Shown here: positions 1 to 8,374 of the stretch, one piece after another | Layout: every line of letters begins with the position of its first letter | Position numbering within the stretch: position 1 is the stretch's first letter | Source: Candidatus Thalassarchaeaceae archaeon | GTDB taxonomy: Archaea; Thermoplasmatota; Poseidoniia; Poseidoniales; Thalassarchaeaceae | Assembly: GCA_030747885.1 (NCBI GenBank) | Contig: JASLJW010000049.1 | Coordinates: 1-35,204, forward strand | DNA length: 35,204 nt | Direction of reading: 5' to 3' | Program-made: the position numbers and the translations under genes | The notes under the pieces: generated by a model | Database searches by the model: none | Told to the model about the DNA's origin: nothing | What the model saw: only the letters and a program-made list of their open reading frames with translations

Positions 1-729
1 GCTTTACGTGATGCTTTTACAAAGGCTGAAAATGAAGGTATTTTCATTGAATTAATGGCAATAGAACCTGTACAAGGTGAGGGCAATCCTGGACAATGTG
101 TTACTCGAGAATTCTATGATGAAGCACGTCGATTAACCTTAGAACATGGAAGTATGCTTCTCGTCGATTCTATCCAAGCAGGCCTTAGGGGACAAGGCTG
201 TCTTTCAGTAATAGATTACCCGGGATTTGAGGATTGTGAAGCACCTGATTTTGAGACTTGGTCTAAGGCCTTGAATGCAGGTCAATATCCGTTATCAGTA
301 CTAGGGATGAATGAACGCGCTTCTGAATTGTATGTAGTAGGGATTTATGGAAATACGATGACTACTAATCCAAGGGGATTAGAAACAGCAGTTTCAGTTT
401 TGGACAGTATCACTCCAGAACTCCGTGAAAATATTCGAAAGAGGGGATTGGAACTTGTTTCTGGATTACAAAGATTATCAGAAGAAATGCCAGAGATTGT
501 ACTAAAGGTGCAAGGTACGGGCCTTCTTTGCTGCGCTGAATTAAATCCAGAGACGCACATGGTTGTAGGCTTTGGCCAGATTGAAGAGAAGTGCCGAGAA
601 ATGGGATTAGGGATTATTCATGGTGGGAAAAACGCTCTTAGATTCACACCTCATTTCGAGATTACTTCAGAAGAGGTTAATCTTGTAGTTGATCTAGTTC
701 GTGAGGCGCTCATATCTCACCAAGAATGA
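1..729 (+). CDS. Class-III PLP-dependent aminotransferase (ArgD/GabT/ornithine-aminotransferase-like), C-terminal ~240 aa; the 5' end lies outside the window
   Basis: Frame 1 is open from nt 1 (ALRDAFTKAENEGIFIELMAIEPVQGEGN...), so the track Met at 55 is internal. Motifs seen: 'EPVQGEGN' (cf. EP.QGEGG), 'LLVDSIQAGLRGQG' (cf. DEVQTG.GRTG), Schiff-base Lys context 'TWSKAL', and 'ALRFTPHFEIT' near the C-terminus. Stop is TGA 727-729. Confidence 0.8.
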   Translation, partial: ALRDAFTKAENEGIFIELMAIEPVQGEGNPGQCVTREFYDEARRLTLEHGSMLLVDSIQAGLRGQGCLSVIDYPGFEDCEAPDFETWSKALNAGQYPLSVLGMNERASELYVVGIYGNTMTTNPRGLETAVSVLDSITPELRENIRKRGLELVSGLQRLSEEMPEIVLKVQGTGLLCCAELNPETHMVVGFGQIEEKCREMGLGIIHGGKNALRFTPHFEITSEEVNLVVDLVREALISHQE

Positions 730-738
730 GGTTTTTGA

Positions 739-1218
739 ATGTCTTCATCACTTCAAATTGAACAGATTGATGTTTATTCTCCGCATGGCAATGGCCCAAT
801 CAATTATTGGATACGAGACATAATTGAGGGAAGAATTCCGGAGGTAGATGATGAGGTATATTATTGGGTTCACATCCGTGATGCTGAACGAGCAATTGAA
901 ACACTCGAATTGAATAATATTGCAGGAAATTTCTCACTTTCTGGGCGACGTGCATGGGATCAAAGAATGGTATTAGATGAGATTGTTAGGCTTTGGACCC
1001 GATTTCAAAATGCAGTCCATGGAACACACACTGCTGAATCACTGGGTGAATCCCCTTCTCCTGCTGCTTCCCAAGTGGAAGGAAATCAAACAAGGCCTGA
1101 TTTGGGACCGCTTCATGAAGCTATGATGAGTTGTGGTACAGATGGCTGGAGGCCTTTGATAGCAATGCGAGTTGGTTTGATGGAATGTATTGCTGCGGAA
1201 TTAGAAAATTCAAAATAA
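739..1218 (+). CDS. Hypothetical protein resembling only the C-terminal (substrate-binding) half of an extended-SDR NAD-dependent epimerase/dehydratase
   Basis: The ATG lies 9 nt after the upstream stop. 'YYWVHIRDAERAIETL', 'AGNFSLSG' and 'GTDGWRPLIAMRVGLMECI' resemble the R.F.HV.D.A.A / YN.G / LGW.P...L.EGL blocks of epimerases. The ORF has no GxxGxxG Rossmann motif and no YxxxK. Confidence 0.4.
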   Translation: MSSSLQIEQIDVYSPHGNGPINYWIRDIIEGRIPEVDDEVYYWVHIRDAERAIETLELNNIAGNFSLSGRRAWDQRMVLDEIVRLWTRFQNAVHGTHTAESLGESPSPAASQVEGNQTRPDLGPLHEAMMSCGTDGWRPLIAMRVGLMECIAAELENSK

Positions 1219-2199
1219 ATCTGAACCAAGTAGGGGTAACAGTACTGATGCTTCCCCTTCAACAGTAACATGTGGTGCATCTGGTCGGATCTTCCCCCAT
1301 GAAACAGCCTCTCTTGTTCTAGCCCCTGATAATGATCCATCATGTTCGGGAGCAGTAGTAATTCCTACGGCAGAATCTAATCCGCCTCTATATTGATTCC
1401 ACCAGATTACATGATGTTTTGATATGCCTCCGCCTACCATTAATGCGTGAGACGTGTCTGCTGTCCAAGTAAGATCTGATAGAATTTGTTCATCCGCCAA
1501 AAAGTCAATCATAAATTCAGGTGATTTTTGCCGATGCATGAAGAGTTGGGCACCAATACTTCCATCTGAAAGCCCAGGTATTACAATGGGAATTCTATGC
1601 TTTGCTGCATGATGGAGGAAAGATGATTCATCATTTATTCTGTCTCCAAATGCCCAACATAGTTCTACTGAACCAAATCCTAGCCAAGGATTTTCAGGAT
1701 TTATTTTTCTTCGTTCCTCTTCAATTTCTTCTAACCATGGGAGAACAATTGGCTCTAGGATGTCACCATAACATTCGTTTGGAACAATAACATTCCCAAG
1801 TCGATTTAATCCAATGTCTCCTAGTAAAGCATCGTCTAGGTCAAATGAACCATGATAGTAGTGCCTGAATGTTCTTGCAATGTCGTGGTCTAAAGTGCCA
1901 CAGGTTGTGCTGATTACATTGTATGAGCCACTTTTGATTGCTTCAATGAAGAACCCCCTAGTTCCAGTTGCCATGAGGCAAGCTGGAAATGATAGCCAAT
2001 TGAGTACAGATTTTTCAGTATTCTTTGCATTGACTGTTTCGTCAATCGCAGCTCTCAGGATGTCTCTTGCTTTGACTAGTTTTGTTGCAGTAAATCCTCC
2101 TGCAACTTTCATTTGTTCAAACAGTTCGCCTACGGTGTTTGTTTGAGAAAGATCGTAATCCGATACCGGTTGATCGAAGTCCTCCTTCTCGTATGCCAT
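1210..2199 (-). CDS. dys: Deoxyhypusine synthase
   Basis: 329 aa. 'LMVGGGISKHHVIWWN' and 'ITTAPEHDGSLSGARTREAVSWGKI' are typical of deoxyhypusine synthase, an enzyme of archaea and eukaryotes. Its 3' end overlaps the convergent ORF 739-1218 by 9 nt. Confidence 0.9.
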   Translation of the reverse strand: MAYEKEDFDQPVSDYDLSQTNTVGELFEQMKVAGGFTATKLVKARDILRAAIDETVNAKNTEKSVLNWLSFPACLMATGTRGFFIEAIKSGSYNVISTTCGTLDHDIARTFRHYYHGSFDLDDALLGDIGLNRLGNVIVPNECYGDILEPIVLPWLEEIEEERRKINPENPWLGFGSVELCWAFGDRINDESSFLHHAAKHRIPIVIPGLSDGSIGAQLFMHRQKSPEFMIDFLADEQILSDLTWTADTSHALMVGGGISKHHVIWWNQYRGGLDSAVGITTAPEHDGSLSGARTREAVSWGKIRPDAPHVTVEGEASVLLPLLGSDLF

Positions 2200-2256
2200 A
2201 TTACGTGCGAAAGAGCAATCACCTATCGTTTCTATGGAAGATTATATCAAAATTTT

Positions 2257-4641
2257 TCAATTGATAAATTCATTTTCCAATTGGATAATTCTATCTCGTA
2301 TCTTGGCAGCTCTTTCAAATTCCAATCGAGATGCAGCAGTATTCATCTCTTTTCTTAACCGCTCAATTAATTTGATTTTATTTCCAAGAGTTTCATCTTC
2401 TATTCTATGTATTCCTTCTTGCAATGTATCTGAAGCAACCTTAACCCAGGATGGTTGACTGACATTGGATAAAACAGAATCTTCCTCAGTGGCGTGTTCA
2501 CTCCAAGTACCTGCACCTAACCCGAATTTTTTGACTAAATCAGGATCACGCTTCTGTTGAGATTTTGTAAAACTACCAACAAATCTTTTTCCGCCTGAAG
2601 ATCCTTTTCCAGCAGTACCTGCTAGTAATTCTTCCACTTCTTCTCCCATCGTGGGTAGTGCTTTTTTGATGGTTGTAGGTATGATTCCATTTTCTTTGTT
2701 GTATTTCTGTTGTCTCTGTCTCCGTTCTACAGTTTGTTCAATAGCAGCTTGCATGGCAGAACTAACTGAATCTGAATAAAGAATAACCCTCCCATTTTCG
2801 TTCCTTGCAGCTCTTCCAATGGTTTGAAGGAGGCTTCTTTCATTCCGTAAGAACCCCTCTCTGTCCGCATCGAATATGGCAACTAGGCTAACTTCAGGGA
2901 GATCTAACCCTTCTCGTAGTAAGTTAATTCCTACAATTACATCAATATGGCCAATTCTCAATGCTTTGATAATCTCGGATCTTTCTATCGTTCCAATTTC
3001 GCTATGTAGGTAATGTGCCTTAATTCCCATTCGTTGAAGATAATCTGCAACTTCCTCTGCGAATTTAATGGTCAGTACCGTAACTAGAATACGTTCATCT
3101 CTTTGGATACATTCGTTTATTTCATCGAGTAAATCTTGAACTTGTCCCTTAGTCTGACGAACTTCAATTATCGGATCTAGTAGCCCAGTAGGCCGAATTT
3201 CCATCTGTACAATCCCTTCAATTTCATTCATTATATCCAACATACTTCTACGTATTTTTGGATCATTTGATTCGATTGCGCCTCCACCTCCTGGTGCATG
3301 TAGCAATCCTTCAGGTACAGGCTGCCCTGTTACTTCAGCCAAATGTCGAAGTTCTCGTTCACCAGGGGTTGCAGAAACATACACCATTCTTGGAATAAGA
3401 GATTGAAATTCATCTATTCTTAATGGCCTATTGTCAAATGCTGATGGAAGTCGGAAGCCGTGCTCAATCAGATTCCCTTTTCTTGAGCGATCACCTGCAT
3501 GCATCCCCCCTACTTGGGGGAGAGTAACATGACTTTCATCCATGATTACGAGATATTTTTCTGGATCTCCATGAAAGGTTTGAGCACATGCAGACATGAA
3601 ATCAAACAAGCAGTACGGCCTTTCTCCACTATCTCTACCATCAAAGTGTCTGCTATAATTTTCAATTCCTTTACATGTGCCTAGTTCTCGTAATAATTCC
3701 ATATCGAAATCAGTTCGTGTGACAATTCGATGTGCTTCAAGATCATTCCCTTGAGATTTGAACCATTTTTCACGTTCCTTTGTCTCTTCTTCGATTTGTT
3801 CAAGTGCACGCTCAAATGAATCCTCTGACGTAATATAGAATTCCTTAGGGTGAATCCAAGCTTCTTCTATTTCATCGAGGGGCTCAAAACTAATGGATTC
3901 ACAAATTTGAATTTGTTCGATTCCATCGAATCCAAACTTGACCCTGATTGGATCATCTCTACTAGGCATCCAAACATCTAGTACTTCGCCACGAAGCCGA
4001 ATGTCTCCTCGTTGAAATTCTGCTCCACTCACCCTTCCATAGTGTAATCCAACGAGCCCCTTGACGATTTCCATGGGTTGCACTTTTTGCCCCACATGTA
4101 TTCTGAGATGATGCTGGAGAAACGTTTCTGGTGGATTCAACCCATAGATAGTAGATACACTTCCAACTACTACTACGTCTGATCGGGTAACTAGCGAAGC
4201 AACAGTGGAGAATCGTTCTTGTTCAATCCGTTCATTCATTTGGAGTTCTTTGTCGATGTATAAGTCTCGAGTAGGGACGTATGCTTCAGGTTGGTAGTAG
4301 TCATAATGGCTAACAAAATATTCTACAGCATTTTTTGGAAAAAGAGAAGACATTTCTTGCCATAATTGTCTAGCTAGTGTTTTGTTGTGACTGAGTATTA
4401 GAGTGGGGATTTGTAAATGTTCAATAATGTGAGCCATTGCAAAGGTTTTACCAGATCCAGTTACTCCTAATAGTACACATCTTTCTTGTGAATTTTCCAA
4501 TTGAGAAATGATTTTTTCAATTGCTTTTTCTTGGTCTCCCGCCGGATCAAATTCTGCTTCAATTCGAAATGGGATTTGATCTAAATCAGCCCGTTTGCCC
4601 ATTAATTTGGAGAGATCATATGGGTCGTTTTGAGACTGCAT
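2257..4641 (-). CDS. uvrB: Excinuclease ABC subunit B (UvrB), expanded form
   Basis: Walker A 'GVTGSGKTF', 'YFVSHYDYYQPEAYVP', 'MDESHVTLPQVGGMHAGDRSRK', 'GINLLREGLDLPEVSLVAIFDADREGFLR', 'QTIGRAARN', and a C-terminal UVR motif 'LEFERAAKIRDRIIQLE'. I set the start at ATG 4641, which lies 10 nt after the upstream TGA and is preceded by GAGGA. The longest ORF reaches 4674 but would overlap the SDR gene. Confidence 0.92.
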   Translation of the reverse strand: MQSQNDPYDLSKLMGKRADLDQIPFRIEAEFDPAGDQEKAIEKIISQLENSQERCVLLGVTGSGKTFAMAHIIEHLQIPTLILSHNKTLARQLWQEMSSLFPKNAVEYFVSHYDYYQPEAYVPTRDLYIDKELQMNERIEQERFSTVASLVTRSDVVVVGSVSTIYGLNPPETFLQHHLRIHVGQKVQPMEIVKGLVGLHYGRVSGAEFQRGDIRLRGEVLDVWMPSRDDPIRVKFGFDGIEQIQICESISFEPLDEIEEAWIHPKEFYITSEDSFERALEQIEEETKEREKWFKSQGNDLEAHRIVTRTDFDMELLRELGTCKGIENYSRHFDGRDSGERPYCLFDFMSACAQTFHGDPEKYLVIMDESHVTLPQVGGMHAGDRSRKGNLIEHGFRLPSAFDNRPLRIDEFQSLIPRMVYVSATPGERELRHLAEVTGQPVPEGLLHAPGGGGAIESNDPKIRRSMLDIMNEIEGIVQMEIRPTGLLDPIIEVRQTKGQVQDLLDEINECIQRDERILVTVLTIKFAEEVADYLQRMGIKAHYLHSEIGTIERSEIIKALRIGHIDVIVGINLLREGLDLPEVSLVAIFDADREGFLRNERSLLQTIGRAARNENGRVILYSDSVSSAMQAAIEQTVERRQRQQKYNKENGIIPTTIKKALPTMGEEVEELLAGTAGKGSSGGKRFVGSFTKSQQKRDPDLVKKFGLGAGTWSEHATEEDSVLSNVSQPSWVKVASDTLQEGIHRIEDETLGNKIKLIERLRKEMNTAASRLEFERAAKIRDRIIQLENEFIN

Positions 4642-4651
4642 TTTCTCATCC

Positions 4652-5377
4652 TCATGGTAGGAACAATCCACCATTCACATGGAGGACAGCCCCAGTGATG
4701 TATGAGGAATCATCGCTACATAAGAAGGAAACCACTGATGCAATTTCTTCCGGCTTTCCAACTCTCCCTATAGGTATCTGATTTTCGCGTTCTTTTCGTT
4801 TAGAGGCGGTATCATTTCCGATGATATCGGTATCAATTGCACCGGGTGCAATGACATTTACTCTCTGGCCTGAATCTGCTAGGTTGATTGCAAGGCTTCT
4901 AGCCCAAGCGTGAAGTGCTCCTTTTGATGCTGCATAATCTGCCCCATGTGGGCTTCCTTTGATTCCCAGTTGGCTGCCAATAGCAATTATTCTTGCATCA
5001 TCATTAAGATGACGAGAAAGTGCAGTATAGACTGCCACCGAACCTCTGAAATTCACTGCCATAGTACGTTCTAGTTCTTGCAAAGAAAGATCCTTTGCAG
5101 AATTACGTTCATACATTCCATGGTTTAGAATTAGCGTATCTATTCCTTCTTGCATCCATGGATGATCTGCTAGAATGAATACCTCGTCAGTATTACCACA
5201 ATCTACCTTTACTGCTACACAATCCACACCATCTTTTCTAAGATCAGAAATAACGGATTCTGCAGATTGAGAATCGTTGTTGTAGGTCATTAATATTCGA
5301 TAACCATCAGCACCCAGGCGTCTAGAAATTGCAGCTCCAATTCCTCTACCCCCTCCAGTAATTATTGCAATACTCAT
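4652..5377 (-). CDS. Short-chain dehydrogenase/reductase (FabG-like classical SDR)
   Basis: 'ITGGGRGIGAAI' (TGxxxGIG), 'YAASKGAL' (YxxxK), 'NVIAPGAIDT', 'GRVGKPEEIASVVSFLCSDDSSYITGAVLHVNGG'. Confidence 0.85.
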   Translation of the reverse strand: MSIAIITGGGRGIGAAISRRLGADGYRILMTYNNDSQSAESVISDLRKDGVDCVAVKVDCGNTDEVFILADHPWMQEGIDTLILNHGMYERNSAKDLSLQELERTMAVNFRGSVAVYTALSRHLNDDARIIAIGSQLGIKGSPHGADYAASKGALHAWARSLAINLADSGQRVNVIAPGAIDTDIIGNDTASKRKERENQIPIGRVGKPEEIASVVSFLCSDDSSYITGAVLHVNGGLFLP

Positions 5378-5386
5378 TTTTTCACC

Positions 5387-6331
5387 CTAATTTTGTAATA
5401 GCCCATTTTCTGGTTGAATCAAAATAATAGGGATAAGAAGAATCCACCCTGTTAGCATTGATGTACGGAACAAAACTGTTTGAAAATCCGAAAATTTTTC
5501 TTTCGCAAGAATCACTGCAATATTGGTTAATGCCATTACAGCACTGGCACCTAAGAACCATATTTCATCCATTGGGTTGGATATTGCGAAGCAGGCAAAC
5601 CAAAGCAGTGTTAGTTGAATCGATGTTCTAGTTGTTGCATCCTCTCCAAAACGAGCAGGGAAGGAATATACTCCTGTAGCTCGATCATTTTCAATATCCA
5701 TTCGTGCATAGTTAATATCGAACGATGTAATCCATAGTGCTACTCCTAAACTGATAGGAAAAATAGTAGGTAACCAGAGTAATTCAGTTCCAGTTTCAAA
5801 CATGCCAGTAATTGCTGCCCAACCATGAACATCTGCTGCAATAGCGACCCAAGCTCCAGCAGGTGCAAGTCCTAAGCACAAGCCAAGCCATAGGTGGCAA
5901 AGCCACGTGTAACGCTTAGTATACGGATAGATTACAAAGGCAAGAACAGGGAGCCATGACATCATTAATGCAACTTTATTGAGAAGTCCAGCTCCAATTA
6001 AGAGCATCAAAAGAAAGCAACCTGCGAGAATTGATGCTGTTTGAATAGACATTGTACCTGTTGCTAGATGTCTCCCCTGTGTTCGAGGGTTTGCGGCATC
6101 GATGTCCTTGTCTACAATTCGGTTTAGTGACATTGCAAGGCCTCTAGCGCCAATAGCTGCCACGAGAATCCAGATAAGATCCATTCGAAACCAACTAAAT
6201 TCTGAGACGGGCAAGTCGTGCATGAATTGGTTGAATGCGAGAATATATCCTATGAGGATGAATGGAAGTGAAAATAATGTATGTTCTATTTTTATGAATT
6301 CAAGAATTTCCTTTACACCCATCGAAATCAT
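5387..6331 (-). CDS. ubiA: UbiA-family aromatic polyprenyltransferase (4-hydroxybenzoate polyprenyltransferase-like / MqnP-like)
   Basis: First Asp-rich motif 'NRIVDKDIDAANPRTQGRHLATG', second 'DINYARMDIENDRATG', and at least 8 hydrophobic spans. I set the start at ATG 6331, which lies 2 nt after the UbiD stop. The longest ORF reaches 6358. Confidence 0.85.
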   Translation of the reverse strand: MISMGVKEILEFIKIEHTLFSLPFILIGYILAFNQFMHDLPVSEFSWFRMDLIWILVAAIGARGLAMSLNRIVDKDIDAANPRTQGRHLATGTMSIQTASILAGCFLLMLLIGAGLLNKVALMMSWLPVLAFVIYPYTKRYTWLCHLWLGLCLGLAPAGAWVAIAADVHGWAAITGMFETGTELLWLPTIFPISLGVALWITSFDINYARMDIENDRATGVYSFPARFGEDATTRTSIQLTLLWFACFAISNPMDEIWFLGASAVMALTNIAVILAKEKFSDFQTVLFRTSMLTGWILLIPIILIQPENGLLQN

Positions 6332-6333
6332 TC

Positions 6334-8295
6334 CTATTTTAATAGATGAGGGGGCCAATTTCGACTTCCTAATCCATCTTCTTCTGCATGTGACCTAACT
6401 CGTTCAATGGTTTCTTGATTATGGAGTGTGACTGCAGGCCATCTTCTGACTGGGTGGGGGCCATCCATTGATGGAATAGGTGTTGTAGCGTCCCAAGCGA
6501 CCCTACTTTTCCCTATGTCGAATTTAAGGCCACGATCAACATCGAATCTTGCAAATAATTGCCATAGTAACCGTCTTCTTGCTTTTGGGCCATGTAGATC
6601 TAAATCATTATCTGTGATGAAAAGCCATCGTAATGTCTTCGAATTTTGCAATTGCCAAATTGAATTTATCAATTGAGAAATCGTTTCATCCTTATCCTTC
6701 GCAAGTTCTTCATTCAACCCGAACATTCCGTTTTCGGGCATAGGGCGCCCTTCGATTGAAGTCGTCACCACAAGCATACTTGGACGGAGTAGTCTAGCAT
6801 CTGACACTGCATCTAAATCAAGTACAGATTGCAGAAATCCTTCTGGAACTCCTGGAGCCTTGACCTTCCCCTTTCTCCAACCGGGAGCAATACGTTTGGG
6901 AGACCCTTCTGGGCCATCTGAATCACTTCGGGGATCAGCATTTGGTATGGTTGTAGCATCTATCAGAATCTTTGATTGTACATTTTCATATGGTGTTGCA
7001 GGGTCTAATGAATCACCAACCATTCCCTCGATTACAAGTATGTCTTCTCTTGGGTCGACTTTGTCATTTAGAGCATCCAATAATGATTCTAGATTATCCG
7101 GTTCTTGTTCAGAATCAACTGCAACAATGGTTTTGAGGAACATCATTTGTCCCGCCCCGAATAATCCCAACGCTGTTTTCCTTGCTTGTCTAGGGTAACG
7201 TTGTTTTGAAGAAACAATAGCTAAATTATGGAAACCAGTTTCCATTGGTAAGTGCACTCCCATTACATCTCGATGTTGAAACTTTAGCACTGGGCTGAAT
7301 TGCTTTCCAATTGCTTCCCCAAGGAAACCATCTTCCATTGGGGGCAAACCTACTATGGTAGCAGGCATCATTGCATCTTTTCTATGAGTGACAGCTGTTA
7401 CTTTTAGAACAGGATATTGACCTGTATGTGAATAGAATCCAAAGTGATCTCCAAACGGACCTTCTGATTTTGTTTCACCAGGTTCAACATATCCTTCGAT
7501 AATTATATCTGCGTCAGCAGGGACCCAAATATCCTGTGTTAGAGCTTTAACGATTCTTAACCGTCTACGTCCTAAGAATCCCGCAAACATGTATTCTTCT
7601 AAATTATCAGGCAGTGGAGAAATTGCGGAGAAAATGAGTTCTGGAGGTCCCCCGATACAAACTGCAACAGGCATTCTTTTTTCATGATATGATGAGGCAT
7701 GATCGGCTCCATGTTTATGGATTTGCCAATGCAATCCCAACTCTTTCTTACTGTGAACTTGCGCCCTATACATCCCAAGATTATGTTCTCCAGTTTCTTG
7801 ATTTTTTGTTACAACTAATGGCAATGTAATGTAATGCCCCCCATCCATCGGCCATGTTTTTGGAATGGGGAGTCGTGTTAGGTCAACCCCTTCCATAGCA
7901 ACTTCCTGAGAACGTGCACGACGGACTTTTTTTGGAGGTAGTGACAAGGCGTCTCTTGCCAGAGGGAATCCTTTCCATGGTTTTTTGACAAAATTTCCAA
8001 TATCCGGTTTCATTAGTGTAACTAATCTATCTCCTATTTCTGTATCTGAATCTACTTGTAAAGCACGCAAAGTTCGTTCTTTTGTTCCAAAGAGATTCAT
8101 TACTAGGGGAATTTCAGAAATTGTCCCATCTGGTAATTCTGGTTTTTCAAAGATAACTGCTGGACCGCCAGTTTTCACAAGTAAGTCAGCAATACATCCT
8201 GCTTCTAGTTCAACACGAACTGGACGTTCTATCCTGATTGCATCCCCATCTTTTTCGAGAGCACGGACATAACGCTTCAAGGTCTTCCACGCCAT
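6334..8295 (-). CDS. ubiD: UbiD-family (prFMN-dependent) aromatic decarboxylase, long form with ~190-aa C-terminal extension
   Basis: 'LVMNLFGT', 'GHYITLPLVVTKNQETGEHNLGMYR', 'HWQIHKHGA', 'VAVCIGGPPE', 'EGPFGDHFGFY'. The N-terminus 'MAWKTLKRYVRALEKDG' aligns with UbiD N-termini. GGAGG lies just upstream of ATG 8295. Confidence 0.88.
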   Translation of the reverse strand: MAWKTLKRYVRALEKDGDAIRIERPVRVELEAGCIADLLVKTGGPAVIFEKPELPDGTISEIPLVMNLFGTKERTLRALQVDSDTEIGDRLVTLMKPDIGNFVKKPWKGFPLARDALSLPPKKVRRARSQEVAMEGVDLTRLPIPKTWPMDGGHYITLPLVVTKNQETGEHNLGMYRAQVHSKKELGLHWQIHKHGADHASSYHEKRMPVAVCIGGPPELIFSAISPLPDNLEEYMFAGFLGRRRLRIVKALTQDIWVPADADIIIEGYVEPGETKSEGPFGDHFGFYSHTGQYPVLKVTAVTHRKDAMMPATIVGLPPMEDGFLGEAIGKQFSPVLKFQHRDVMGVHLPMETGFHNLAIVSSKQRYPRQARKTALGLFGAGQMMFLKTIVAVDSEQEPDNLESLLDALNDKVDPREDILVIEGMVGDSLDPATPYENVQSKILIDATTIPNADPRSDSDGPEGSPKRIAPGWRKGKVKAPGVPEGFLQSVLDLDAVSDARLLRPSMLVVTTSIEGRPMPENGMFGLNEELAKDKDETISQLINSIWQLQNSKTLRWLFITDNDLDLHGPKARRRLLWQLFARFDVDRGLKFDIGKSRVAWDATTPIPSMDGPHPVRRWPAVTLHNQETIERVRSHAEEDGLGSRNWPPHLLK

Positions 8296-8374
8296 AACCC
8301 TCCGTCTATGTCGACACATGAATATCTTATCTTACAAGCGACTAGTTGATGCACTGGTTTTCTTTCGCTTATTC

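Noticed and set aside
345-560. Numerous 60-140-aa track ORFs lie antisense to or nested within larger genes. Examples: 345-560, 1113-1343, 1602-1790, 3499-3684, 6860-7198, 8503-8883, 10163-10573, 14742-15093, 17011-17297, 22336-22755, 22762-23301, 27671-28479, 33939-34310, 34287-34535.
   Set aside because: Each lies inside an ORF with strong family motifs on the other strand or in another frame. They have low-complexity or Cys/Ser/Leu-rich shadow composition, no SD sites and no recognisable motifs. I treat them as non-coding shadow ORFs.
727-741. The aminotransferase and the following half-epimerase ORF are in the same frame, which could suggest a disrupted fusion.
   Set aside because: Two stop codons (TGA 727-729 and TGA 736-738) separate them. 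The aminotransferase ends at a normal family C-terminus. A class-III aminotransferase fused to an epimerase C-domain is not a known architecture.
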